Shown here: in pieces, positions 38,095-50,210 of the stretch
How the letters are laid out: each line of letters opens with the position of its first letter
How positions within the stretch are numbered: the stretch's first letter is position 1
Assembly: GCA_003427395.1 (NCBI GenBank)
Contig: BFEA01000018.1
Coordinates: 5,434,290-5,498,289 of the forward strand
From: Chara braunii
Taxonomy: Eukaryota > Plantae > Charophyceae
Reading direction: 5' to 3'
DNA length: 64,000 bases
The notes under the pieces: model-generated
Seen by the model: only the letters and a program-made list of their open reading frames with translations
What the model was told of the DNA's origin: nothing
Databases searched by the model: none
Translations under genes and position numbers: made by a program

Positions 38095-40416
38095 ATGGAT
38101 GATCCGAACCATAACGCACTTAACAGACCCTTGCCAGCCAGCCCAGGGACACCAACACAAAAAACGTACACATGCCTGCGGTCAAGAGGGGAGAGCGGTC
38201 TTTCAAACTCAAGAATTGATCTAGGCCTGCTCTCAACAGACCTCACCGGTCTCCTCTCAGCGGCTGATATACTACCAATTAGCCCCTGCAAATCCTTCGA
38301 TCATAAAATGATCGCGATTGGACTCTCCTTTCATGAACACATCCAGAGAGGCCCGGGATCTTACAAATTCAACACCTTGCTCCTTAAGCTGCCCTCTTTC
38401 CAAACCTTGGTGAAGGAATTTTGGACCTACTGGCAATCAACCAGACCACCACCAGGGGAGAAGGTGGAATGGTTCAATAAGGGAATGGCAGAACTAAGGG
38501 AAAGGGTTAAAAAATTCTCTATAAAACATGCAAAAGACCGAAAAGTGGTCCTGGATCGGCTACTTCTCAACTTGGAAGAATGGGACAGCCAACTGACAGA
38601 ACACCCCCTGGACATGGAACTATTCAGCAAGCTCCAGGCAGCAAGGAACATGTTACAAGAGCATCTAGAACAGCAAGCTCAAGCCTGGAGAATCAACGCA
38701 AAAATTAAAAAAGACCAAACTGAAGGCACGATGGCCAAGCATTTCTTCAGGAAGGCAAAGGCCAGAGCAAGACAAAACACAATAGCTGCTCTAAGACATC
38801 CTTTCCTCCATGACAAGCCGACAGCACGGAATGCCTACCAAATAGTGGACTACGCCTCGGATTACTACAAAAACCTCTTCACATCCCAAACTCACCAAAG
38901 GGACCCACAAGTCCTCAGCGAAGCAAGAGCGACCCTAGCAAACGCCATCTCTTCTCGTCTCTCCACCCAACAACGAGATCACCTGGACGCCCCACTTTCA
39001 GAGCAAGAAATATGGGACGCCCTCAACCAAATGGACGACGAGAAGACACCGGGTCTAGATTCCTTCCCTAAGGAATTTTGGACATACTTTTGGCAGGACC
39101 TTCATGAAGACCTCATGCTCTATGTTAAGGATGTGCAGAGTCAAGGCACCTTCGGAGGATTAATGAATCAAGGGGTCACAACCCTCCTGTATAAAAAAGG
39201 GGACAAAGAGGACGTACGGAACTACCGCCCGATCACACTCCTCACACTCCCATACAAAATGGTGGCAAAAGCCTTAACCATCAGGCTACTCCCCTTTATG
39301 AATGTCCTGATTCATGCTGATCAATCTGGCTTTATGCCAAATAGGAATATCCAAGATAACATCCTCCTAGTCAATGAAAACATCAGATATGCTAGACAGC
39401 GGAAGGTAGACGCAGCGGTCCTTTTCATTGACTTCGAAAAAGCGTACGACCACGTTGATTGGGATTTCCTAGATCTGTGCCTGCACAAAATGAATTTTGG
39501 GGAGGCGTTCTGCAGATGGGTGAGCATCCTCCACAGATCAGCAGCCACGAACATTATGCTAAATGGTAATCTTTCCCCTCCCCTACCTCTCCAGCGGTCT
39601 GTCAGACAAGGGGATCCGATCGCCCCGCTCCTATTTGTTATCGTCATGAAGGCCCTGGCGGCCCTCATAAGATCCAACCCCCAAGTCCAAAAGATAGACA
39701 TACCAGAAATTCCACAGCACCTTATACCAGTCACTTCCCTCTTCGCAGACGATCTGACAGTGCTCATCCGGGCTAACGAACAAAGCTTGAAAGCCATAGA
39801 GGAAGCTGTCCACCTTTTCTCAGTGGCAACTGACATGAAAGTGAATTGGGGAATAAAAACCGAAGGGTGGTGGTTACACCCCCTGGACCAGCCTCCCCCG
39901 GCCCAACCTAGTGTCAACTGGAAAGGAAAAGAGGAGGCCATAAAAATCCTAGGGGTCAGACTAACAGCGTTGGGACCCCCGAGGGACCACGACGATAACC
40001 TTGTCAACACGACCCTCAGAAGGATCACAAATTGGAAGGGCCTCTACACCTCCATTGTGGGAAGGGCCCTAGCCATAAACAACTCAATTCTTGCAGCCAT
40101 CTGGTACAAAATCGCATTTTGGAAACTCAACCCAAAACAACTAGCAAGATTGAGGACAACGGTAGGTACTTACCTCTGGAAGAATACGGACGCGGACCCC
40201 AGATGTACCTACCGAGTGGCCTGGGAGCACATTGCTCAACCACGTGGGAAAGGAGGACTGGGAATAATAGACCCAGGGGATGAAATAGACGCTCTAATTT
40301 TCAAATTCATCATCAGATTACTACTTGGTAACGACATCCTTGGGCCCCCCTGGACTACATCCAGCTATCCTGCCTGGCCCCGGACGAGGGAGCCCAGACC
40401 AACCTTCACCCACTAA
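38095..40416 (+). CDS. LINE ORF2 reverse transcriptase (only the C-terminal end of the APE is retained; frameshift near 40340)
   Basis: SRID...SFDH (APE end), KTPGLDSF, NYRPITLL, QSGF, DFEKAYDHV, VRQGDPIAP, LFADD, KILGV, GKGGLGI. Confidence 0.92.
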   Translation: MDDPNHNALNRPLPASPGTPTQKTYTCLRSRGESGLSNSRIDLGLLSTDLTGLLSAADILPISPCKSFDHKMIAIGLSFHEHIQRGPGSYKFNTLLLKLPSFQTLVKEFWTYWQSTRPPPGEKVEWFNKGMAELRERVKKFSIKHAKDRKVVLDRLLLNLEEWDSQLTEHPLDMELFSKLQAARNMLQEHLEQQAQAWRINAKIKKDQTEGTMAKHFFRKAKARARQNTIAALRHPFLHDKPTARNAYQIVDYASDYYKNLFTSQTHQRDPQVLSEARATLANAISSRLSTQQRDHLDAPLSEQEIWDALNQMDDEKTPGLDSFPKEFWTYFWQDLHEDLMLYVKDVQSQGTFGGLMNQGVTTLLYKKGDKEDVRNYRPITLLTLPYKMVAKALTIRLLPFMNVLIHADQSGFMPNRNIQDNILLVNENIRYARQRKVDAAVLFIDFEKAYDHVDWDFLDLCLHKMNFGEAFCRWVSILHRSAATNIMLNGNLSPPLPLQRSVRQGDPIAPLLFVIVMKALAALIRSNPQVQKIDIPEIPQHLIPVTSLFADDLTVLIRANEQSLKAIEEAVHLFSVATDMKVNWGIKTEGWWLHPLDQPPPAQPSVNWKGKEEAIKILGVRLTALGPPRDHDDNLVNTTLRRITNWKGLYTSIVGRALAINNSILAAIWYKIAFWKLNPKQLARLRTTVGTYLWKNTDADPRCTYRVAWEHIAQPRGKGGLGIIDPGDEIDALIFKFIIRLLLGNDILGPPWTTSSYPAWPRTREPRPTFTH

Positions 40417-40808
40417 GATGACTCACTAATAGTGTATGGTCCATCCCATCCCCTCCGAGACACAGGAGAGAATCGTCACCAGCCAACCAAGCAAAAACAG
40501 ACCTCCTCACTGACCCTCTATGGAGTGCACTCATCAGCCTATGGAGAAGAAAAGGCCCATCCCAAAAAGTTACTCCTCTTAGATGGCATGAAGTAGTGAG
40601 GCAACCTGTTCTTGGAAACCCACAGATAGTGGACAAAGATGACCGCATGTTCAGTCTCCACTCTAACTCGCCATGACTCTCCTGGGTTAGGAAAGGATTC
40701 TACACCATAGAAGACCTGTGGGACCACTCTCACGGTAACTGGAAAACTGTACAAACACTGAGATCCAACCTAAAAAATATCAAAGACCTGGAACTCGAAC
40801 GAAATCAG

Positions 40809-41825
40809 TTGATCGATGCTATACCATTGGGGTGGCGGCGTGCACTCAAAAAAGGTCCCTTACTCGAAAGCGGCGATTGGGTGGTGCTCTACAAGGACCT
40901 CCCAACCCCAATGAGAGTTTATCAGATCACCCACCTCTCATTATCCACTGCAGTCGTGCAAGCTTATGAGTCAGATCTCCCGGGTGCAAGATTCACACAG
41001 ATACGACACCATGAAGAAGGAGACACGGAAGCAGCAATCAGCCAACTCATGAGAATCCGAGTGGTGGAAAACTGCAACCAAGACAGATGGGTATATGAGT
41101 CTACTACACCGATCAGTAGACTCCACTTTGACCCGGCCGAGTGGGAATGGAAGGGAGGTAAAGAAATGCAAATCTGNGAGTATACTGTTAANGGANNATA
41201 CAAAGCAGCACNGACCATGCCTCAAACCCAAAGCACACTCATCAAAAGATGNGAGAGAGACTCACTGCTCCAAGCAGCAGACCTGCACGACCTCGATTGG
41301 TCCACATACGCCAAGATAATGCCCACTGCCCACCGAGCCCTCCAGTGGCAGATCATCCACAGATGTCTGCCCACACCCGATTGGCTAGTATCAAGGACAG
41401 ACTTGGAACAGAGAGGTATCCTCTCACCAATCTGCTCCTACTGTGGGAGAGTCACCCAACCAGCCAGAGCAATGCTGGAACACTGTTTACTAACTTGTCC
41501 AATGGTCGCCCAGTTATGGCGCTGGTGGGATTCGGCATGGCACCACCTCACAGGTCAACACCTCTCATGGGATCCTGCGTTAATCCTGCTGAATAAGCGC
41601 ACATCCGTAACTCGACAATGGGATGCCTTCGAAACAAACCTATTTTCCTACACACGTCTGTTAGTCCTACTCCTAGCATGGAGAATGAGGTGTTCCCACG
41701 AACGGAGTGGGTGTGCTTTTAGTTTCCCCCAGGCCAGGGAAGCAATTATAAACACGATCTCCACCCGTACGCAACAGGCAGGGAAAGAGCTAANGCAACA
41801 GCTGCAATCCTCCAAAGACCAATAA
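40809..41825 (+). CDS. LINE ORF2 C-terminal part with zf-RVT zinc-binding region
   Basis: WQIIHRCLPT...CSYC...LEHCLLTCP; homologous to 52659-53465. Confidence 0.85.
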   Translation: MIDAIPLGWRRALKKGPLLESGDWVVLYKDLPTPMRVYQITHLSLSTAVVQAYESDLPGARFTQIRHHEEGDTEAAISQLMRIRVVENCNQDRWVYESTTPISRLHFDPAEWEWKGGKEMQIXEYTVXGXYKAAXTMPQTQSTLIKRXERDSLLQAADLHDLDWSTYAKIMPTAHRALQWQIIHRCLPTPDWLVSRTDLEQRGILSPICSYCGRVTQPARAMLEHCLLTCPMVAQLWRWWDSAWHHLTGQHLSWDPALILLNKRTSVTRQWDAFETNLFSYTRLLVLLLAWRMRCSHERSGCAFSFPQAREAIINTISTRTQQAGKELXQQLQSSKDQ

Positions 41826-42799
41826 CAGAAGCAGCAATGCCAGGCCCTCTTTCACGCCATTTGGCAGGACAAAAACAAATTGCTCTTCGAATTGGACTCC
41901 CAGTCAAACATCCAGTGGAAAAGATGGGTAGCAACTGAACCCACCTGGCAGCGTCTCNNNNNNNNNNNNNNNNNNNNNNNNNNNNNNNNNNNNNNNNNNN
42001 NNNNNNNNNNNNNNNNNNNNNNNNNNNNNNNNNNNNNNNNNNNNNNNNNNNNNNNNNNNNNNNNNNNNNNNNNNNNNNNNNNNNNNNNNNNNNNNNNNNN
42101 NNNNNNNNNNNNNNNNNNNNNNNNNNNNNNNNNNNNNNNNNNNNNNNNNNNNNNNNNNNNNNNNNNNNNNNNNNNNNNNNNNNNNNNNNNNNNNNNNNNN
42201 NNNNNNNNNNNNNNNNNNNNNNNNNNNNNNNNNNNNNNNNNNNNNNNNNNNNNNNNNNNNNNNNNNNNNNNNNNNNNNNNNNNNNNNNNNNNNNNNNNNN
42301 NNNNNNNNNNNNNNNNNNNNNNNNNNNNNNNNNNNNNNNNNNNNNNNNNNNNNNNNNNNNNNNNNNNNNNNNNNNNNGAAACCAGAACCGGGAACCAGTG
42401 GTAACAAAGGACCTGCCGACAGTAGGAAACAGAAAGAATGACTTTTGCAAATAATCCTTCCCAGTGCCCTTTCTTCTAAGCTATGGATTCAGCAAGCTTG
42501 GTCACCCTCTTTGGGTAGCAAATTAGACAAGCACTTCAGTAACCTAGAGAGCAAACAGGCTATCATCATCACCCTGGGTAAACAGACCCAACTGGAGGCA
42601 AATAACACCACAAAAGATCTGTTCAATCATACAAGCTGTTCTCAAAATGTTAAGGGACGCTGGACCCGCTTTCCAGCAGGTGCTGCTCCCCACCAATAGA
42701 TGGAGCCTCCCGGGGAGTGCTAGAGGTGTCTGCTCTTACCAGCACCCACAGCACCCTCTCGGGGTGTTTCTGTGGAAAAAAAAAAAAAAAAAAAAAAAA

Positions 42800-43530
42800 G
42801 AACCCCGAGGCCCCAATAATTAAAAGATAATAATAAAGATAATAAAATAAAAATAATAGCCGCCCCATTTCTCCCGGCACCGCGGCTCCATTCCCTGGCG
42901 TGGTCATTCCTTTTAGCCTGCTTAGACCCTGAATCGCGTGGCTGATTGTTTTAGGTAGAGTAAGTATAAATTTATATATATATATATATATATATTTTTT
43001 ATTATTATTATTTTTTTCTTTTTTTTTCCCCCACGACTGTACATCCGAGCGGCCTTACCAAACACAGGGAGAGACTGGTCACGCTGCCAGTCCTTGCCAC
43101 CACTTCCAGATGCCGCAGGTGTCAGGTCTTAGGTTCAATAAGTTTTAGTCTCTCGGTTATAGGTCAGTCTGAACGAACTTTTGGCAACATCAATCTCATC
43201 AAGTCCTTCAATTCAACAAAAAGGTCAGACAGCATCCTACGTTTAAAATCACCGGGCAGATACCCTTGTCAGGGTTTCTGCCCTGACAACGTAATGTAAA
43301 CAGTTTGGACATAGTAACGGGTTATAGTATCGTGGGTGGGTAGGAATTTGGTTTATATTGGTTTTGATGTTGGTATGTTTGCAGTGGTTTAGGGTGAAAC
43401 TCACGAGATTTGGACGATGTGAGAGACCCGGTGAAGAGCAAACCAGAGTTGTATCCATTGGGTGCGTGGTGGGGAACCCGTCAGAGTCTAGGCAACAAAG
43501 GCTCTTTACAGTGTTTTGGACACTGATGAT
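42800..43530. repeat. U6-associated repeat, copy 2, second part (resumes after the LINE B poly(A))
   Basis: Homologous to 31330-31650 and 35490-35780, including CCATTGGGTGCGTGGTGGG.AACCCGTC. Confidence 0.7.
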
Positions 43531-44463
43531 GAGAGGGTAACCCTAATGGTTATTCTTCCTCCCCAGCTCCTAGTCATTGAGCCTATAGGAGAGTTTTAGT
43601 TTCTAAGGTTTAGCCGTTCATTTGGATCCTGGCGGGAAGTAATACTGCCGAGTTAGGCAACTGAGCATGGTTCAATAGTAGTTTAGTATCCACGAGCAGC
43701 ACTCCAATGATCTGCTAGGTGGCACAGACTGAACTCTAGCACCAAGTAGGACAGTGCCTCGTCTCTGCATGGAATTACTTTGAGCTTCAAGGGATTTTGG
43801 AAGATGAGGGTAGACCAGTGAAAGGAAGGGACTCCGGAGTCCGGACCCATTTTCCAGCAACAGCCCAATTAGGGCTATTGGTTTCATATCTTCCGGGTTG
43901 TTTGAGAGGAATTCCCGGCCTCCTTTCATTTGTGATAAAAGCTAATGATTCTTCCAAAAAAAAAAAATCCTCTAACACTGTCCTTGAGTTCCAAGCTTTT
44001 TCAAGGGGGGAAAAAAAGAGTTCCAAGGTTTTTAAAGCTGCGAAGGTGGAGAGAGAAGGGGGATCTGTCATTGGTCAAAAAAACAGAAAAAAAGAAGAAG
44101 AAAAAAAAGCTGCGCTGAACGAGACCCCTAGGCTGGCAAAAGCAAAAGCCGCAAAAGTTTCTTCTCAAGAATTATTGTACTTACACAACTGCCAACCAAT
44201 AGGATAGGGGTTATTCATTGAAAAAAAAAAAAAAAAAGAATGCTGAATAGTAGGTACTTAGGACCTGAAACAGGTTAGGAGTTCAAAGCTTCAAATCCTG
44301 CAGACAAAAAAAAGGCACACGTTATGACACATGAATTAAAGGACCTGGTTTGGATAGTCAAAGGGAGAGTAAGTCAAACAGTCCAACCTGCTGAAGTCCA
44401 ACATGCTGAACAATCAACAGTGTCAGTGCCATCCTCTTTTCTTGTTTTTTCTTGTTCTTTGTC

Positions 44464-44525
<62 letters not shown>

Positions 44526-44858
44526 AGTTCCTGGAATTAAGGCCTCTGTGTACTACGCATCTTGTGTGTCAGGTCCTGGAAATAAGGCTTCACAAACTGC
44601 CAGATTCACTGCTGGAGTGCCAAAAGAGTACCTCTCATGTACCAAAAAGTCACTGGCACAAGGACAGCCAGCTTCCATTTTCTTTACAGAATGTTGAGGA
44701 AAACAAGCATATGGATCTTGTCTGTGGGTGCGGATGGGCGCAAACATGCCGAGATTGCCCAGATAGTGCCATAACATGCGGTCATACCACATGAGCAGTC
44801 GACCACAGTTTTCCCATGAACGACTGAGGAAGGTTCTTCCTACATTCCATACTTTCTC

Positions 44859-44998
44859 TTTTTTTTTGGGGGGGGAGGGAGGGAACAACCCGAGTGGCTG
44901 CTAAGGCTGCTGGTAAGAGCAGGCACCACTGCCACTCGCGTGGAGGCTCCATCTATTGGTGGGGAGCAACACCTGCTGGAAAGCGGGTCCAGCGTCCC
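44859..44998 (-). mobile_element. LINE 3' tail module
   Basis: Close reverse-complement match to 42654-42770. Confidence 0.75.
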
Positions 44999-45457
44999 TC
45001 AACATTGTAGTTGTTTGTTTGATCAGACATGTAACTGTGATGAGTGCCAGCTGCAGGACTCCCTTACATTCCAACACTTACATTCATGAAGGACCGTCGT
45101 AACACAGAGCTTTCGCGATCAGACAACAACCAATCGGAATAGCAAGAAGGAGGAAGAGGAAGATAGAAGAGAGAAGAGGCAAGAAAGAAGTCTCAGAGTA
45201 GTGGAAGAGGAAGAAAGTCAAAATGGCACGAAAATAGTAACAAAAATCCCGAATAGATTGGAGCATTTTCCCCAAAAAATTCTGAACGCGACCATGCTGT
45301 TCATGAAAATTTTGAAAAACTTGACAAAGGGACAGCATTCCGGCGTATGACCCGACCGGTTTCATCTGGCCGCCTACCAGACTCCTCAGGGGTCTATGTC
45401 GCTATGGAGTCGGTCGTATCACAAAAAAAAGTTGTAATTGCAGTATGGGCCAAGATA

Positions 45458-45495
<38 letters not shown>

Positions 45496-45618
45496 ACCCA
45501 GTGCCCAAGTCTGATATTATCAACAAAAAGCTTGAGGCCGGGGTCCTCACAGTTTACCCGAAGTGACCGAACCGAACATGCTGAGAACCGGGCTCAGCGT
45601 CCCACATATGATGATGAT

Positions 45619-45693
<75 letters not shown>

Positions 45694-46214
45694 AGTATGA
45701 AACCATATAGAAGACTATGCTATGTCGGTCATTCCGGCCTCCTTGTAAGATCACTAAACACCTCCTGAAATCCACCGCAGTTTTCCGAACACTCGAGTAT
45801 CTAAGGGATTTCCAACAGATCATACCAATACTCGCTAAAACCGACTTATTCTCTGACTAACTCATCTAGGCCTCACGCCCCCTTTCTGCTAGGTTACAGA
45901 GCGACGCGACTCACTCCAGCTCCGGCCAGTGTCGTCCAATGTCAGCAACCCCCAACTGTCCTTTAGGATGCCCCCTCATAGCATCCCCAGATCTCTCTAC
46001 AAGGCCTCATGCCCTCACCTTCGGCAAGTTACATATCACCCCGGCTCCGGTCAGCGTCGTTATAGCGTTGAACGGCTACGGATCCTGAATACATCAGTCT
46101 GATTCCAGTGTAGATTCATACAAACCGCCAGCAAACCCTCAGAGTCTCGATAAATTCTTCAAACTACCAGGAATAACAAGGGTGCTTGTTTTGAAAACTC
46201 AGAAAAATCAAGAA

Positions 46215-46955
46215 GTATAGAAATACCCCCCTGTCCCCCTCATCCCCCTGCCCCACCGCTGCCTCCGCCAAAAAGAACGCCCCTGATCACGGGCACTCCT
46301 CATCGGCCCCAACTTGGGACAGACCCGTTTCCCCCCTACTCCCCACAAAGGCATCCAGTTCCCACCCAAAGAATGCCTCTGCCAACCCCTTGCCCTAGTC
46401 TGCCTCCGCTGTGGTATGATGCCGACCCATACATCTCCCCCAACCCCAGAATAGAGCATCCCCCAAAATCTGCCCCATCTCCCTTCAGGGCAATCACCTC
46501 CCTCCTTGTGAAGCCCTTGCAGAGTAGAGCTCTCCCCCTCAGAACCAGCCCACCACCCCACCAGAAACAATTTGTTTATGTTTAAGAGGAGTATCCGAAT
46601 TCTAGACGTTTTTGTAGATTATTTCCCCCCTTTCCTCCATCTTCCCCTGTCCCTCCGCTGCCTCCACCGAAAAGGACTGCCCTGATCACAAGCTTCCTTT
46701 ATCAGCCGCCAACTTGGGACATAAGTGCTTCCTCCCCCATCTTCCACTAAGGCATCAAGTGTGCCTCCGCCAACCCCTTACCCCAAACTGCCTCCGCTGG
46801 GATATGATGTCACCCCATACATCTCTCCCAGCCCCAGAATAGGGCATCCCCCAAAGTCTACCCCCACTCCCTCCAGGGCATTTCACCCCCCGCCTTGTGA
46901 AGCCCCTGCAGAGTAGAGCTCTCCTCCTTAAAACCCCAACCCCCCACCCGCTCAA
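46215..46955. repeat. ~410-bp tandem duplication
   Basis: 46215-46570 versus 46620-46955 share CCAACTTGGGACA, CCCCAGAATAG.GCATCCCCCAAA and GCAGAGTAGAGCTCTCC. Confidence 0.8.
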
Positions 46956-47033
46956 AAATAATTCATTAGTGTGCCCAAAGGGGAATTAGAAATTAATAGT
47001 GGAGCAAAAATCGTGATGGAGAAAAGGTAGATG

Positions 47034-47074
<41 letters not shown>

Positions 47075-47099
47075 GTTGATGACGGTGAACGGCACCCTG

Positions 47100-47532
47100 A
47101 AGATAATGATGATTAGGATGATGATGGTGATGATGGTAATGATGAGAATAAAGACAGAATGATGATGCTGCTCATACTAAAAACCAGCACCGACCCTATG
47201 ATTACAAACTATTAATGATGATTGATGTTGATGCTGCTGTTGCTGATGCTGATGATGCTGACGCACAGCGCCCTGTAATGACTGTAGGATGATGATGGTG
47301 GTGATGGCGAGCATCACTAATGATGATGAGTTGATGATGATGATGATGATGATGATAGTGGTGATGGCGAGCATCACTGATGATGATGATTTGATGATGA
47401 TGATGATCATCATCATGATGATCATGATGATGCACAACACCGTATGATTGACAAAAGGATGATGATGGTATTGATGACGAGCTCCTTTGATGATAACCTA
47501 ATGAGGATGATGATGATGATGGTGATGCTGCT

Positions 47533-47574
<42 letters not shown>

Positions 47575-47830
47575 AACGCAAATGATGGTGTTGATGACGA
47601 GCACCTTTGATGATAGTACCCTGATGATGATGACGGTGGTGACGAGCGGCACCCTGATAATGATGATGAAACATTATCGTGATGATGGTGTCGATGATGA
47701 TGTTGATGATGATGATGATGATGATGATGACGAGCAACACCTTGATGATGATGATGCTAGCAAACCTTGATGATGAAACCTTGATGGTGATGATGACGAA
47801 CATCAGCTTGATGACGAACTGCGCTCCTGA
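47100..47830. repeat. Degenerate (GAT)n microsatellite field (also 45608-45690)
   Basis: Direct inspection. Confidence 0.9.
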
Positions 47831-48440
47831 TAGCTTCGTTGTGATGGCGATAACAATATTGATTGTACTTGATAACCCGTCCAAGCTGCGCCCCTGAAGA
47901 CGAAAGCAGCGGGGTGATATCGATTCGTGACCTGATAGTGATAGCGAGAGTAAGGATGATGGCGAGCAGTACCCAAATGGCCGACCGTTACTGTAATCAC
48001 TCACACTTCAGGGTACCTAGGGCTAACTCCACTAAACTCCACAGACATCGACAAAGCCAACACCTCTCAGGCCGAAAGCCACGTGCAGCAACGCAGCGGC
48101 AATGGAGTGAAACGTGGAACTCCCAGAAACTGAACGCCACCGGGAGTCAGACCACCTGCCACATCAACTTGTGAGATGGTGTGGTCAAGCGCCTGCGGTC
48201 TCCTGCGCGTGCACTAAGCGCCAGGACTTGAAAAAAGGCCGCCATCGCCGCCGCTCGCCATCTCCAGTAACACGTAGCGTCGGGTGGGGCGTAGCGCTCC
48301 CGGTAGCGCTGCGCCCGCCCCCCTGCATTCTATACGTAGGCTTGACCGATAGTGTGTTTAGGTCGACTTTTTTACTAGTCCCCCTTGTTGCTCTCTGGGT
48401 CGTCTGCCATTGCCACTCGTCGGGGTCAAAAGCCAGCTCC

Positions 48441-48559
48441 GGCCAAGATACAGTTTGCAATTGCAGTCCAGGTAATGTATACAACCTAGCTTTCTGGCCA
48501 GGTAGGGTGCCCGGAGTGCGATTGCAAACTGTATCCTGGCCCATAGTGCAATTATAACT
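48441..48559. mobile_element. Small palindromic MITE (left end at 45430-45460, split by the retro-insertion)
   Basis: After removing the insert, ~50-bp inverted arms remain: AGTT.TAATTGCA.TATGGGCCA.GATACAGTTTGCAAT. Confidence 0.7.
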
Positions 48560-49193
48560 CGTTACTGTGACTCCCGCGTAGTTACCCCAACTATTTATCT
48601 CGTGTCTAAAACGTCAAACACAAGACAATCAAGAACCTTGTGCTATACGACAACCGAACTAAAAGTTATAGAGCCTTGGGAAACTCGGTACATGTCTACG
48701 AACCTGCACTCAAAACCGGTCCAGTAACTTCTAAGGAACTTCAGGCGTTTAGTACGTCTACTTCAAGCCTTCCATGATCAATGAGTCGGCAACATAATAG
48801 TAACGCAAAATCGAGTCCGGTTAGCAAATCAATCATCGTTCAGGCCCCCTGGCCTCAGCTCCAACTATCATATCAGCATCCAGTAATTCAGGCGGTACCG
48901 TTATTTTTCAGGAAAGATACCACAAGTTCAAGTCCACATCTGTGAAACACTTCAAAAATTCAAAGGCAGACCTGCTCATCATAACAACTATCTTCCAACG
49001 GGCCCTAAATTCGGGCCCCTTTCACAGATAACAGCAGCCCTGTGTTTAACCCACCGGTCCCCCCATGTCAAAAATTGTACCCCGTGGTCCCAACAACCAG
49101 CTTTGTTGCGTGAGAACTTGAAATTCCTCAATGCAGAACCAAATGTATCTTCAAATCCATGGTTCGACCTTCAGTGAAAACAAAGGGTAGTCC

Positions 49194-49195
<2 letters not shown>

Positions 49196-49229
<34 letters not shown>

Positions 49230-50210
49230 AAATACCAGGGCCATTACCTGGCTTCGGCTAAGAACAATCTGAGAACTATGAAAAAAAATCCAGGAAAATT
49301 TAGGAAAACATGGATATATACTAACCTATTGCTAGGTTACTCAAGCAACACTTGCTAAGTCAAAACGGAAAGCCACAGAGGTCCTTTGAATGCTCAGAAC
49401 CTTTGGAATCCCCAACAAAACATTCTAAAATTCTCTAACACTGCCTTATTTATTGTCGAGCTCTCCCAGTCCTCATGCCCCCACCCTGCTAGGTTACAGG
49501 GCAACAAAACTCACCCCAACTCCCGCTAGCGTCGTACAGACAGCAACCCCTGGTTTTCCTTCCTGCTATCAACAGCTTACAGGGCAACCCCCCAGCTCCG
49601 GCCACCGTCGTTCTGGCATTGAAAAACCACAGATCCATGAATATAACGGCATTAAAGAAACCTTAAAATGAGTTGCAAGAAGTGCCCAGAATCCTAAGGC
49701 ATTCTCAATACTTTTTTTTTTTTTTAGATACCGGGGCCATTACCCGATTTCGGCTGAAAATCAATCTGAGAACTATTTGAAAAACTTCAAAAGAATTAAA
49801 GAAGAGGTTGAAAAAATTGGAATGACTACTGACCTCTTTTTGAATGCTCAGAACCCCTAGACTCCCAAACCAAACTCTCTAAAACTGTCCAAAACTGTAT
49901 TATTCCCTGTCGAGCTCTTCCAGGCCTCACACCTCTACCCGGCTAGGTTACAGAGCAACACGACTCGCCCCAGCTCCAGCCGGCGTCGTCCCAACAATTA
50001 CCCTTGGTTGTCCCTTGGAATGCCCACCCCAAAGCATCCCCAGCTCCCTCTACCAGGCCTCTCGCTCCTGCAATCAGCAGGTTACAGGGCAACACCCCAG
50101 CACCGGCCAACATCGTTCTGGCATTGAACAACCGCGGATCCATGAATATAACAATATCAAACAGCCTAAGGCGAGTTACTAAAGTCCCAGGAATCCTAAG
50201 ACATTCTTTC
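49196..50210 (-). repeat. Two tandem ~500-bp poly(A)-tailed units (SINE-like)
   Basis: Poly(T)+ATACC.GGGCCATTACC at 49196 and 49712; internal GGTTACAG.GCAACA repeats also occur at 45880-46100 and ~55850. Confidence 0.6.

Larger units (their letters stand above)
36430..42799 (+). mobile_element. LINE B: 5'-truncated L1/Tx1-clade retrotransposon with structured 3' tail and poly(A)
   Basis: Long ORFs at 36713-38038, 38095-40416 and 40809-41825; 3' module 42654-42775; poly(A) 42776-42799. Confidence 0.9.
45461..48440 (-). mobile_element. Composite retroposed insertion (LINE ORF2 fragment + unrelated repeats + LINE tail + poly(A)) with a 13-bp TSD
   Basis: TSD GGCCAAGATACAG at 45448-45460 and 48441-48453; poly(T) 45462-45488; tail to 45603; 48325-48440 encodes LAFDPDEWQW..LSVKPTYRM, matching the LINE B/C C-terminus. 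Confidence 0.8.

Noticed and set aside
42654-42775. HDV-like ribozyme in the LINE tail
   Set aside because: There is no downstream partner for the GGGACGC P1 strand.
44776-44835. 5S rRNA fragment (ATGCGGTCATACCA)
   Set aside because: Only a ~14-nt match; the internal control region is not recognisable.
47177-48004. Poly-Met/His/Ile ORFs (also the 3623-4675 and 5839-6756 low-complexity ORFs)
   Set aside because: They are translations of microsatellites and minisatellites.
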